The translations under genes and the position numbers were made by a program. A stretch of DNA of 64,000 nt from Verrucomicrobiia bacterium (GTDB lineage Bacteria; Omnitrophota; Omnitrophia; Omnitrophales; Aquincolibacteriaceae), in NCBI GenBank assembly GCA_035495615.1, contig DATJFP010000026.1, positions 15,635 to 79,634 of the forward strand. Reading direction: 5' to 3'. The notes below the pieces were generated by a model. That model had not been told where the DNA came from and ran no database searches. It was given only the letters and a program-made list of their open reading frames with translations. This document shows positions 55,655 through 64,000 of this stretch, one piece after another (the first letter of the stretch is position 1; every line of letters begins with the position of its first letter).

Positions 55655-56087
55655 GCTGGATTTCTTCCGAAGTGGCATCGCGAACGTCGGTGATCTCGAC
55701 GTCGAAAAAAAGATTTTTCCCCGCCAGAGGATGATTGCCGTCCAGCGTGACCTCGGTCTCGCTGACGTCCACCACGGTAAAAATCCGGGCTTCTTCCTCC
55801 TGGCCCGCGCGGAAGCGGTCGCCCACGCGCACGCCGGCCTCGCCGAATTTATCGCGGGGTTCCCGGATGATGAGTTCTTCGTCCCTTTCGCCGTAAGCAT
55901 CCGCGGCCAGGACAGTAATGTTCTTGCGGCTGCCCTTTTCGAGGCTGGAGATCTGGTCTTCCAGGCCGGGGATGATTTGCCGGGATCCGGTCATGAACGC
56001 GAAAGGCTCCGCGGACCTGGACGAGTCGAGAACTTTTCCGGCTTCGTCGGTAAGCGTGTAGTGAAAGGAAATGACGCGGTAATCCAT
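55617..56087 (-). CDS. slyD: FKBP-type peptidyl-prolyl cis-trans isomerase SlyD-like with His-rich metal-binding tail
   Basis: MDYRVISFHYTLTDEAGKVLDSS...LAGKNLFFDVEITDVR and C-terminal HGHAHGEGGHAH. Confidence 0.8.
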   Translation of the reverse strand: MDYRVISFHYTLTDEAGKVLDSSRSAEPFAFMTGSRQIIPGLEDQISSLEKGSRKNITVLAADAYGERDEELIIREPRDKFGEAGVRVGDRFRAGQEEEARIFTVVDVSETEVTLDGNHPLAGKNLFFDVEITDVRDATSEEIQHGHAHGEGGHAH

Positions 56088-56169
56088 AAAACCTCCGTTG
56101 GCAAACCCAATGAAAAGTTGAGGGGGGCATTTTATACCCCGCTTCGGAAGAAAGATAGGGCAAAGAGCG

Positions 56170-57102
56170 TTAACTCGAGCGGGCGTCTGCGGCCAGGATG
56201 CGGCGGAAGGAATCCGGAAGCGGTGTTTCGAACGCGAGCGGTTTGCCGGTGGCCGGATGGCGGAATGCAAGCTTGAAGGCATGAAGCGCCAGGCGTCCCG
56301 CCGGGTCGGTTCGCGCGCCGTAGTCCTTGTCTCCCGCGATGGGAGTACCGAGATCCGAAAGGTGCACGCGGATCTGATGCTTGCGCCCGGTCTCGAGCCG
56401 CACGCGCAAAAGCGTGTAGCGAGGCGAACCTTCGAGCGTTTCATAATGCGTGACCGAAAGCTTGCCTTCGCGTTTGTCCGTCGTGCTGAAGACGCGCAGG
56501 ATTTTATTTTCACGAAGGTAGCTTTCCACCGTGCCCGCGGGCCGGGCAGGCGCGCCTTCCACGACCGCGTAATAAAATTTTTCCACCTGGTCCCAATTTC
56601 CCTGCAGCGCCAGCTTCATGTCTTCGGTACGCGCAAAAACCAGCAGGCCGGAGGCATCGCGGTCCAGGCGGTGCACGATGAACGCCTGTTTGCCGGTCAC
56701 CCGGCGCGCGCTGCCCCGCTTTCCGGCGGCGCGGGCATTTTGATTTTCCGCGCGCTGGCGCAGATAATCCTGAACCGCGGCCATGGCCGTCCGGTTCTGG
56801 ATCTTGTCTGTGGCCACGGTCAAAAGGCGCGGCGGCTTTTCCACGACTACGAGAAAGTCGTCTTCGTAAATCATGCGGAGGCCCCACAGCGGTTCGACGT
56901 GAGACGACCTTTCCTGGCGCGTGAGTAGCGATACCTTATCGCCGCTTTTCAGCCGCTGGCGGTATTGCGTGGTCATGCGGCCGTTCACGGACACGCTGCC
57001 GAATTTCAACCATTGCTTGACGCGGGTTTTGTTCGCGCCTTCCACGGAGCCTAGCAGAAAATCCGCCAGCTCCATGTCTTCCCGCACGGTCATGATTTTC
57101 AT
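56170..57102 (-). CDS. RluA-family 23S rRNA/tRNA pseudouridine synthase with N-terminal S4 domain
   Basis: HRLDRDASGLLVFAR catalytic Asp motif. Start taken at MKIMTVRED. Upstream ORF-track extension rejected. Confidence 0.8.
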   Translation of the reverse strand: MKIMTVREDMELADFLLGSVEGANKTRVKQWLKFGSVSVNGRMTTQYRQRLKSGDKVSLLTRQERSSHVEPLWGLRMIYEDDFLVVVEKPPRLLTVATDKIQNRTAMAAVQDYLRQRAENQNARAAGKRGSARRVTGKQAFIVHRLDRDASGLLVFARTEDMKLALQGNWDQVEKFYYAVVEGAPARPAGTVESYLRENKILRVFSTTDKREGKLSVTHYETLEGSPRYTLLRVRLETGRKHQIRVHLSDLGTPIAGDKDYGARTDPAGRLALHAFKLAFRHPATGKPLAFETPLPDSFRRILAADARSS

Positions 57103-59135
57103 GGCGTCTTGGCCTCCGGTGCCGCGGCTTTCAGGCGTTCCACTTCTTTCAGCCCCGCGGCCGCGCCCGCATGAGCGGGATCGATCCGGAGCGCCTGGGA
57201 GAAATAAAGCCCGGCAGCGCGCAGGTCGCCCGCGCGCGCAAAGGCAAGGCCGAGATTGTAATGGTATTGCGCATTCATGGGGTCCAGGCGGATCGCCTGT
57301 GAAAACGCGCGCTGCGATTCCCGGAAGCGTCCGAGCGAAGAAAGCGCGATGCCGAGATTCGAATAGAGTACGGGATTCGTCCTGTCCAGCTGGAGGCCCT
57401 TGTTCAGAACAGCCGCGGCCTGTCCGAATTGTTTGAGGCCGATGAGTGCCGCGCCCCAATCACGGTAGGCTTCCGGCGCCGCGGGCATCAAGGCCGCGGC
57501 ACGCTGGAGATAAGGCAAAGCCTCCGCGGATTTTCCCTGGGACTGCAGCGCGCTTCCCAGCCCCAGCGATGCGGGACCCACATCGGGATTGATTTCGAGC
57601 GCCCTGCGGTAATGCGCGGCGGCCGCGTCCTTGTCGCCGGCCAGCAGGAAATAAAATCCAAGATTCGTCTGCAGGTCGGCATCGGCCGGATCGCGCCTCA
57701 GGATTTCATCGAAATACGGCTTGGCTTCATCCATGCGCCCTTCTTTGGCCAGCAGGCTTCCTGTGCGCGCGTAAGCCGTCGTGTTCCGCGGATTGAGCGC
57801 GATCGCCTTCGACAAATGTTCGAGCCCTTCCTCGGTGCGGCCTTCGCCTGCCAGCCAGGCGCCCAGCAGCATCTGGCCATGATCATTCTCAGGATCACGC
57901 GCGAGCGCCTGGCGAAAAAGGCTTTCGGTGTCCTTCCATGTCCGGATCTGCGCGGACGACAGGGTCCCGTAAAAAAAGCATGCCGCGCATCCGGCCGCGC
58001 AGGCCAGGGCCGAAAGAACCCGCGATTTCTCCGCCCAAGCTGCCACGGTCCAGATCACCATAATCCCCAGGCCGAGCAGCGGTACGTACATGAAACGGTC
58101 GGAGAAGGCCATAAAACCCGAGACGGGCAGAAGGAAAATCAAATACCAGAGCCAGCCGGCCGCGGCATGACCGGCTTTCCGCGCGGCGAACGCGGCAAGC
58201 GAGACTCCGGCCAAAAAAAAGGCGGCCGAAGCAAGCGAAGACGCCGAAGGATAGTCATACCATGACGGCGCAATCCCCAGGCGCAGCGGCACGAAAAAAA
58301 GCCGCACGCCTTCGAAATAAGCCACGAGCACGTTCGCGGCTTGAACGCCCCACGGCAAATGTCCGAGGGCTTCGGGGCGGCGAATCGCGTCAAGTAAAGC
58401 CAGCCCGGCCGGCGGCAGCAGCATGAGAAGCCGAGCAGCCAGAACTTCCCTGCGTGGGCCCAGGCTCTCCTGCGTGCGCAGCGGCCAAAAGTCCAGCACG
58501 TAAAGCGCAAACGGCAGCGGCGCGAAGACCGGTTTCGCGGCCAGCGAGGCAAGATAAAAAACATAAAACCACCCGCCATGGCCGGGAAGATTTTTTTTTC
58601 GACGGCGCGCGTAAGCCAGCAAGGCCAGGAAGCCGAAAAAAGACGCGGCCAGATCTTTCCGCGCTGTCACCCAGGCCGCGGCCTCGACCTGGTATGGATG
58701 CACGGCGAACAAAAGCGCGAGGAAAAAAGAGCGTCCCGGCTTCCCCGTCATCAGGGAAAATAAAAGAAAGACCAGGACCGCGTTGGACGCGTGATAAATC
58801 ACGTTCATGACGTGATGCATCGCAGGCCGCATGCCGAACAGCGCGGCGTCGAAGATGCGGGACACAAGCGTGACCGGCTGGTAATAATCCGCGTAAAACG
58901 AATCGTTATAAGAATCCGCGGTCAAAGCCCATGAGAAAGTCCGCAGGGAAAGAGGCTCGGCCAGATAGGGATTGTCCACGATGTAGCGGGTATCGTCGTA
59001 GCCGACGAATTGGAGCGTTGGCGCTTCACGGTAAACCGCCGCGGCCGCCAGGACCAGCAACGCGGCAAGGACGGCCTTCAAATATTTAGGACGCGCAGAA
59101 ACAACAGCCGGCCCCTGGGAGGCCGCGGGGCTCAT
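57099..59135 (-). CDS. membrane protein with N-terminal glycosyltransferase-39/PMT-like 9-11 TM domain and C-terminal TPR repeats
   Basis: 678 aa. Polytopic N-half. C-half shows repeated TPR 34-mers (AxxYxxLGxAL...G...EA). Confidence 0.65.
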   Translation of the reverse strand: MSPAASQGPAVVSARPKYLKAVLAALLVLAAAAVYREAPTLQFVGYDDTRYIVDNPYLAEPLSLRTFSWALTADSYNDSFYADYYQPVTLVSRIFDAALFGMRPAMHHVMNVIYHASNAVLVFLLFSLMTGKPGRSFFLALLFAVHPYQVEAAAWVTARKDLAASFFGFLALLAYARRRKKNLPGHGGWFYVFYLASLAAKPVFAPLPFALYVLDFWPLRTQESLGPRREVLAARLLMLLPPAGLALLDAIRRPEALGHLPWGVQAANVLVAYFEGVRLFFVPLRLGIAPSWYDYPSASSLASAAFFLAGVSLAAFAARKAGHAAAGWLWYLIFLLPVSGFMAFSDRFMYVPLLGLGIMVIWTVAAWAEKSRVLSALACAAGCAACFFYGTLSSAQIRTWKDTESLFRQALARDPENDHGQMLLGAWLAGEGRTEEGLEHLSKAIALNPRNTTAYARTGSLLAKEGRMDEAKPYFDEILRRDPADADLQTNLGFYFLLAGDKDAAAAHYRRALEINPDVGPASLGLGSALQSQGKSAEALPYLQRAAALMPAAPEAYRDWGAALIGLKQFGQAAAVLNKGLQLDRTNPVLYSNLGIALSSLGRFRESQRAFSQAIRLDPMNAQYHYNLGLAFARAGDLRAAGLYFSQALRIDPAHAGAAAGLKEVERLKAAAPEAKTP

Positions 59136-60049
59136 GCGGACGGAGCGGGCGCGGGGGTTTCGGCCGGAGGCGTTACCGCGGCTTCAGCCGGAGCCGCCGC
59201 CGCAGCGTCGGCAGGAGGCGCAGCAACAGCTTCACCGCTGGACTCCGCGATGTCTTCCGCGCCCACAGGAGCGACCTTGGAGTATCCGGTGTAGCGCCAA
59301 TGCCACGGCTCGTACGTGATGCCCGGCTTGTCGCGCGGATACGAAAGCTCGAAATCGTATTCACCGGCGTGCTTCTGCAGCCAGGCGTACTCGGGCAATT
59401 CCTCGAAGTCTTCGACGCGGTCTTCGCCGTTCACGCCGTAGGGATTGATGAAATCAATCGCCTGCAGCTGCGGCGCGCCGTGCTCGCTGTAGCCCGGCAG
59501 AGCGACCCAGTGGCCGGTCTCGACGAGCGAATAGTTGTGCTTGGGCATGTAAAAAAGATACGTGTATAACTGGTAAGCCGGCGAACGGTACCCGGATTCC
59601 ACGAGAAGATGGCGACCCAGGTCCTGGTTCATGGCCGCCATCATTTTATCGTAGGCCTGGAAAACCTCCACGGGCAGGTACTGAGGCGCGAGCGTTTCCT
59701 TATTGCCGTTCTTGGTGACCTGCTGGCCTTCGATCTGGCGCATGCGGAAGCCTTCCCGCGATTCTCCCAGGTACTCGCCCTGGAAATTAAAACTTTCCTT
59801 GGGATTGATTTTCCGCACGCGGTCGAGAAAACCGCTCTCTTCCGGGCTCAGCCCTTTGTAGAGATCTTCGAAGGTGACCAGCGGCGCGGTGCCGTCGGCT
59901 TTTTTGGCCGGCATCCACGTTTCCCATTGCGCCAGCACCTTGTCCAGCGTCGCCTTTTCGGAATCGGACAGCACGTTCCACACGTCTTCGGCGCGCGCCG
60001 CGGGCACGATGAGAAGCTGCAACACGACAAACCCTATGAGCCACCGCAT
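59132..60049 (-). CDS. D-alanyl-D-alanine carboxypeptidase family protein (peptidase M15B, VanY-like), secreted
   Basis: ESGYRSPAYQ, PGYSEHGAPQLQAIDF and EPWHWRY motifs. Signal peptide. Ala/Pro-rich C-terminal tail. Confidence 0.7.
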   Translation of the reverse strand: MRWLIGFVVLQLLIVPAARAEDVWNVLSDSEKATLDKVLAQWETWMPAKKADGTAPLVTFEDLYKGLSPEESGFLDRVRKINPKESFNFQGEYLGESREGFRMRQIEGQQVTKNGNKETLAPQYLPVEVFQAYDKMMAAMNQDLGRHLLVESGYRSPAYQLYTYLFYMPKHNYSLVETGHWVALPGYSEHGAPQLQAIDFINPYGVNGEDRVEDFEELPEYAWLQKHAGEYDFELSYPRDKPGITYEPWHWRYTGYSKVAPVGAEDIAESSGEAVAAPPADAAAAAPAEAAVTPPAETPAPAPSA

Positions 60050-60612
60050 CAAGAACCTCCTTTGGCAAGCGCCGGAGCGCGCCATGATTGGATGGATTTC
60101 AAAATCTCTTCCGTGGGCGGATTGCCCCGTTTACCATACCGGACAAGCCCCTGCTTGTCGATAACGTAGACCGTACGATTGGCAAGCAGCCCGCCGAAGC
60201 CAAGCGAACGGTAATCCCGGCAGGTCTTCTTCGCCGGATCGCTGAGCAGGGGAAATTTCAAATGGGAATTATCGCAAAACGAGGCGTGGTTTTTCTGAGA
60301 TTCCGGATTGATGGCCAGCACTTCGGTGTCCAGATCGTGGAACGAGGCGAGCTTCGCATTGAGCGACGCAAGCTGACGGGAGCAGGTAAACGACTTGTCT
60401 TTCGGATAAAAAACGATCACGACGTTTTTCTTGCCCAGGAAATCCGCAAGGCACACGACCCGGCCGCTGGCGTCTTTCAGGGAAAAATGCGGCGCCTTGG
60501 CAAAAAGCGGAAGCGGACCTTTTTCGTCCGGACGCTTGTAGGTCAGGGCCATGAGGGCAAAGATTCCGCCGAAAGCGGAAAAGGTCAGAAAGAAAGCAAA
60601 GTCGTGCGTCAT
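60049..60612 (-). CDS. peroxiredoxin / redoxin-family thiol peroxidase (AhpC/TSA, Bcp-like) with N-terminal membrane anchor
   Basis: VVIVFYPKDKSFTCSRQ peroxidatic-Cys motif. Confidence 0.7.
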   Translation of the reverse strand: MTHDFAFFLTFSAFGGIFALMALTYKRPDEKGPLPLFAKAPHFSLKDASGRVVCLADFLGKKNVVIVFYPKDKSFTCSRQLASLNAKLASFHDLDTEVLAINPESQKNHASFCDNSHLKFPLLSDPAKKTCRDYRSLGFGGLLANRTVYVIDKQGLVRYGKRGNPPTEEILKSIQSWRAPALAKGGS

Positions 60613-60716
60613 GAAGCGTATTGTATTTTGTTATCTTCCCGGCGTCAAACCGTTGGTGGACTTCAGGAGATTATGGCTTTAGACTTTAAGTGACGGCTAT
60701 TCGGGAGAGAATCTTC

Positions 60717-62066
60717 ATGAAGCTTCGATATTTTTTTTCGGTCCTGTTTCTGAGCCTTTCCTGCGCCTCGGTGCCGCGCCTGGTGCCCCAGCCTCAGGCT
60801 GCCGGCGGCTTTGAGCGCACGCCTGTCATCTTGATCCCGGGCACGACGCGCAGCATGCTTTTCAATCCCGAGCGCCAGGACATCGTGTGGGGCGTCCTCG
60901 CCAATTTCACGGGTCCGGCCCGCACGGACGAGCTGTCGCTTCCCATCGACTCCACGGACCTGCGCGAAAACCGGGACAGCCTGATTCCCGCCGGGCTTCT
61001 GGACCACATCACCATCATTCCCGGCCTCGTGGAAATGCAGCTGTACACGCGGTTCCTCAAGACGATGAAGAACCACGGCTACGTGATCGGCGACATCAAC
61101 CATCCGCGTCCCGGCGACAATTTTTTCATTTTCTATTACGATTGGCGCCGCCCTTTTGATGAGAATGCCCTTCGCCTGGCCGAAACCGTGAACAGGCTCA
61201 AACAAATGCCGGGGCGCGAAAACGCAAAGTTCGACGTCATCGCGCATTCGTCCGCCGTGTTCCTCGCTCGTTATTACGCCCTGTACGGAGGCCGCGACCT
61301 CCGCAGTGAAAAAAATCCCGCGCCCGATTATGAAGGCGCTAAAAATATCCGTAAACTCATCCTGATCAATCCCGCGCACGAGGGCCTGCTCTACGTCTTC
61401 CGCATCTTGAACGAAGGCTTCACTCCGGCCAAGGGGCCGCTTTTCCGCAGGTTCACGCCCCAAGAACTTTTCACTATGCCCGCGTTTTTCGGACTGCTCC
61501 CGCGTTATGACACCCAGCCGTTCGTGGATGCTTCCGGCAACGTCGCGGACCTCGACCTCTACGATGCCGGGAACTGGGTGCGTTACGGATGGTCGGTCTT
61601 CAGCCCGGCGCAGCAGGCGCTTCTCGAAAGCCAGATGAAGCGCCGCTTCCCGCTTACGTGGCAAGAGGAAATGAAATCCGAGAACGAGAAGCGGAAACGC
61701 TATCTTGAGGCGGCGCTGGCGTGGGCCAAATTCATCCAAAGCGCGGTCAGCGAGAAACTGCACCCGCTGCCGGCTGAAGTGAAGACTTATGTTTTTGCGA
61801 CCGAGTGGGGACCGACGCCGGAGCGCGTCTGCATCATGAAAGAGGATAAGAAACTGGACTTCGGGGACGGCAAGAGCTGCAACGCGCAGCTTTTTTCTTC
61901 AGGCGACAACATGGTGACCAGCTCGAGCCTGCGCGGGCATTACACGGAAAATCCGCCGCAGTACATTTTCCTGAAGGAACAGCACCGCAAGATCGCCAAC
62001 AACAAGAAGATCCACCGGCACATCATCCGCATTCTCTGGGATTCGAAAGAGGACGGAAAAAGCTAA
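60717..62066 (+). CDS. secreted/lipoprotein alpha/beta-hydrolase, LCAT/PGAP1-like lipase family
   Basis: Signal peptide with LSLSC. VIAHSSAV nucleophile-elbow-like motif. Assignment moderate. Confidence 0.5.
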   Translation: MKLRYFFSVLFLSLSCASVPRLVPQPQAAGGFERTPVILIPGTTRSMLFNPERQDIVWGVLANFTGPARTDELSLPIDSTDLRENRDSLIPAGLLDHITIIPGLVEMQLYTRFLKTMKNHGYVIGDINHPRPGDNFFIFYYDWRRPFDENALRLAETVNRLKQMPGRENAKFDVIAHSSAVFLARYYALYGGRDLRSEKNPAPDYEGAKNIRKLILINPAHEGLLYVFRILNEGFTPAKGPLFRRFTPQELFTMPAFFGLLPRYDTQPFVDASGNVADLDLYDAGNWVRYGWSVFSPAQQALLESQMKRRFPLTWQEEMKSENEKRKRYLEAALAWAKFIQSAVSEKLHPLPAEVKTYVFATEWGPTPERVCIMKEDKKLDFGDGKSCNAQLFSSGDNMVTSSSLRGHYTENPPQYIFLKEQHRKIANNKKIHRHIIRILWDSKEDGKS

Positions 62067-63901
62067 CCCTGCCCGATTTTTTTCTTCAGCTTCTCGAGCT
62101 GGGCCTGCAGCTTGTACCAGGCGTCTTCTTCCTCTTCCAGCTTCGCGGTCACGCGCTTGATGTTCTCGTTCCGCTCGCGCGAGAAATTGAAGGGATTTTC
62201 CTTCATGTCCTTCAAAAGCCGGTCGCGTTCCTGGGTGAGATTCTGCACGCGCGTCTCGGCCTTCTTGATCTTTTGCGTCAGCTTGGTCATGTCGGACTTG
62301 AGCTGCTTGAAATCCTCGTAAGAGCCGGCTTTTTCTCCCGCGCCGCCCTCGCGTTCCGGCTTTGCGGCCTGGGCCGGCGCTCCGCCGTCTTCTTCCGCGG
62401 CCCCGCCCATCTCTTCCCGCGCGCGCGCCTCAAGCGAATACACGTAGTCTTCGTAGGTGCCGGGATAGGCCGTGATGCGGCCGTCTTTCACGTCCACGAT
62501 CTTGGTCGCGATCAGGTTCACGAACGTGCGGTCGTGACTGATAAAAAAAACCGTGCCGTTAAATTCCCGCAGCGCGTCGGCCAGCGCTTCAACGGTTTCG
62601 AAGTCCAAGTGGTTGGTGGGCTCGTCGAGCATCAGCACGTGGCTGCGAGACAAAAGAAGCCCGGCCAGCACGCAGCGCGCCCTCTCGCCGCCGCTCAGGA
62701 CCGAAATCCTTTTCTTCACTTCGTCGCCGCGGAACAGAAAGCTTCCGGCCAGGTTCAGGACGTCCTGCGTGGTCACGCCCTGGGACGCTTCCCTTTGAAG
62801 GTGCGTGAACACGTCGTCCTGCGGGTGAAGCGAGGTAAAGACATGCTGCGCGTAATACGCGACGCGAAGGCCCGTGCCCCAACGGAAGGAACCCGCCAGC
62901 GGCTGAAGGTCGGAGGCCAGCGTGCGCAAGAAAGTGGTCTTCCCCTGCCCGTTGTCGCCTAGAATCGCGATGCGGTCCCCGCGTTCGAACTCCATCTCGA
63001 TGCCGCGGGCGACGGTCCGGTCCGGATAACCGACGGAAAGCCCGCTGCACTGGAGCGCGATGCCCGCTTTGTTTTCCACGCTCGGGATCCGGATCTTGGC
63101 CGCGGCCAGGGTGTGCGCGATTTCAATCGTTTTGAGTTTGGAGATCTGCTTCATCTTGGATTTGGCGCGGGTCGCCGTGGACGCCTTGGCTTTGAACCGG
63201 TCCACGAATTCCTGGAGCTGCTCGCGCTTTTTTTCCACGGTGCGGTTGTAGGCAATCTGCTGGGCGCGGTTTTCCTCTTTGAATTCGAAATAGTCCTCGA
63301 TGTTGCCCGGGTAAAGCGACAGCCTTCCGTTTTCGATTTCCAGCGTGTGGTCGCAGGTGCGCTTCAGGAATTCGCGGTCGTGCGACACGATGAGGTAGCC
63401 GCCGTTGAAGTCCTGGAGGAAATTTTCGAGGATGATGAGCGTGCTGAGGTCCAGGTAGTTCGTCGGTTCGTCGAGGATCAGGAAGTTCGGGTCGCGCAGC
63501 AGCATGGCCGCCAGCTTCACGCGCGTCCGATACCCGCCGGGGAGCGTTCCGATCGCCGCGTGCTGTTTTTCGTATGGCAGCTGGAATTTGCCCGCCATCT
63601 CCCCGCATTCCCATTCCTCTTTGCCTGTGTAGCGCACGAGGAAGTCGAGCACGGTCTCGTCGGTCTTATACGGGTCGTGCTGCTCGAGGTAGCTGAGTTT
63701 CAACTCCGAATTCTTGATCACGCTGCCCGAGTCCATGGTCTCATGGCCCGTGATGATGCGGCAAAGCGTGGACTTGCCCGCGCCGTTTCGCCCGATGACA
63801 CCGATCTTCTGGTCGTGGGCAAAGGAGGCGCTGGCGTCCTCCAGGAGCACCGCATGTCCGTAGGTTTTCCGTATGCCTTTCAATTGCAGTAAAACGCTCA
63901 T
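62063..63901 (-). CDS. ABC-F family ATPase (two ABC domains, Uup/EttA-like, C-terminal coiled coil)
   Basis: Two Walker A motifs (GRNGAGKST, GDNGQGKTT), two LSGGE signatures, K/E-rich C-terminal coiled coil. Confidence 0.85.
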   Translation of the reverse strand: MSVLLQLKGIRKTYGHAVLLEDASASFAHDQKIGVIGRNGAGKSTLCRIITGHETMDSGSVIKNSELKLSYLEQHDPYKTDETVLDFLVRYTGKEEWECGEMAGKFQLPYEKQHAAIGTLPGGYRTRVKLAAMLLRDPNFLILDEPTNYLDLSTLIILENFLQDFNGGYLIVSHDREFLKRTCDHTLEIENGRLSLYPGNIEDYFEFKEENRAQQIAYNRTVEKKREQLQEFVDRFKAKASTATRAKSKMKQISKLKTIEIAHTLAAAKIRIPSVENKAGIALQCSGLSVGYPDRTVARGIEMEFERGDRIAILGDNGQGKTTFLRTLASDLQPLAGSFRWGTGLRVAYYAQHVFTSLHPQDDVFTHLQREASQGVTTQDVLNLAGSFLFRGDEVKKRISVLSGGERARCVLAGLLLSRSHVLMLDEPTNHLDFETVEALADALREFNGTVFFISHDRTFVNLIATKIVDVKDGRITAYPGTYEDYVYSLEARAREEMGGAAEEDGGAPAQAAKPEREGGAGEKAGSYEDFKQLKSDMTKLTQKIKKAETRVQNLTQERDRLLKDMKENPFNFSRERNENIKRVTAKLEEEEDAWYKLQAQLEKLKKKIGQG

Positions 63902-64000
63902 GAAGCCTTCTTCCTTTCGTTTATGATTATTAAAAAGATACCACGATCAGCGCGCGAGCAAGTCCGGATTTTCGAAACGGTTGCCGAGCACTTCGAATTC

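Noticed and set aside
54866-57459. Long N-terminal extensions in ORF-track entries 54866-55900, 55617-56513, 56170-57459 and 50785-51549.
   Set aside because: The upstream parts are Arg/Pro-rich, overlap the preceding gene in another frame, and the recognisable domain (SlyD, RluA, PilZ, secreted protein) begins at an internal Met. Starts were trimmed accordingly.
1-64000. CRISPR arrays, transposases, integrases, toxin-antitoxin pairs, phage genes.
   Set aside because: No spaced direct-repeat arrays and no transposase/integrase-like ORFs were found by eye. The only repeat structures are the tRNA-end duplication at 20.0-20.2 kb and the paralogous riboswitch/kimA units.

Overview
This 64 kb window is high-GC (~60%) bacterial chromosome, densely coded and mostly on the minus strand. 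It looks like a core region rather than a mobile island. Housekeeping blocks include efp, cysQ, a heptose-nucleotide cluster (gmhA, hldC, a PfkB kinase, with thiE inserted), pfk and accB-accC. Further on are rarA, the classic thrS-infC-rpmI-rplT-pheS-pheT operon, tRNA-Val and tRNA-Gly, an aminotransferase, rdgB, rph, queE-queC, murI, lipA, nnr, mprF, miaB, amtB-glnK, ppa, slyD, an RluA-type pseudouridine synthase, a VanY-like carboxypeptidase, a peroxiredoxin and an ABC-F ATPase. Second-messenger signalling genes are interspersed: two GGDEF cyclases, two PilZ receptors (one fused to a STAS domain) and an HD-GYP/receiver pair. The stand-out region is 36.6-45.9 kb, a compact potassium-homeostasis module. 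It holds two divergently transcribed, paralogous, N-terminally truncated KdpD-like histidine kinase / KdpE-like response regulator pairs, with no kdpFABC in the window. Immediately downstream are two paralogous transcription units, each led by a c-di-AMP (ydaO/kimA-class) riboswitch. Both leaders carry the same 11-bp-phased TTGACT direct repeat in place of a -35 element. The first riboswitch gates a PtsN-like EIIA(Ntr) gene plus a KimA-family K+ importer, and the second gates a second KimA paralog. Each kimA is followed by a paralogous ~90-aa small membrane protein ending in GFRFGRKI that I do not recognise. I infer that the orphan Kdp-type two-component systems have been rewired onto riboswitch-gated KimA transporters, with the PtsN-like and small-membrane-protein accessories. 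This inference is the most interesting candidate for an undescribed system.
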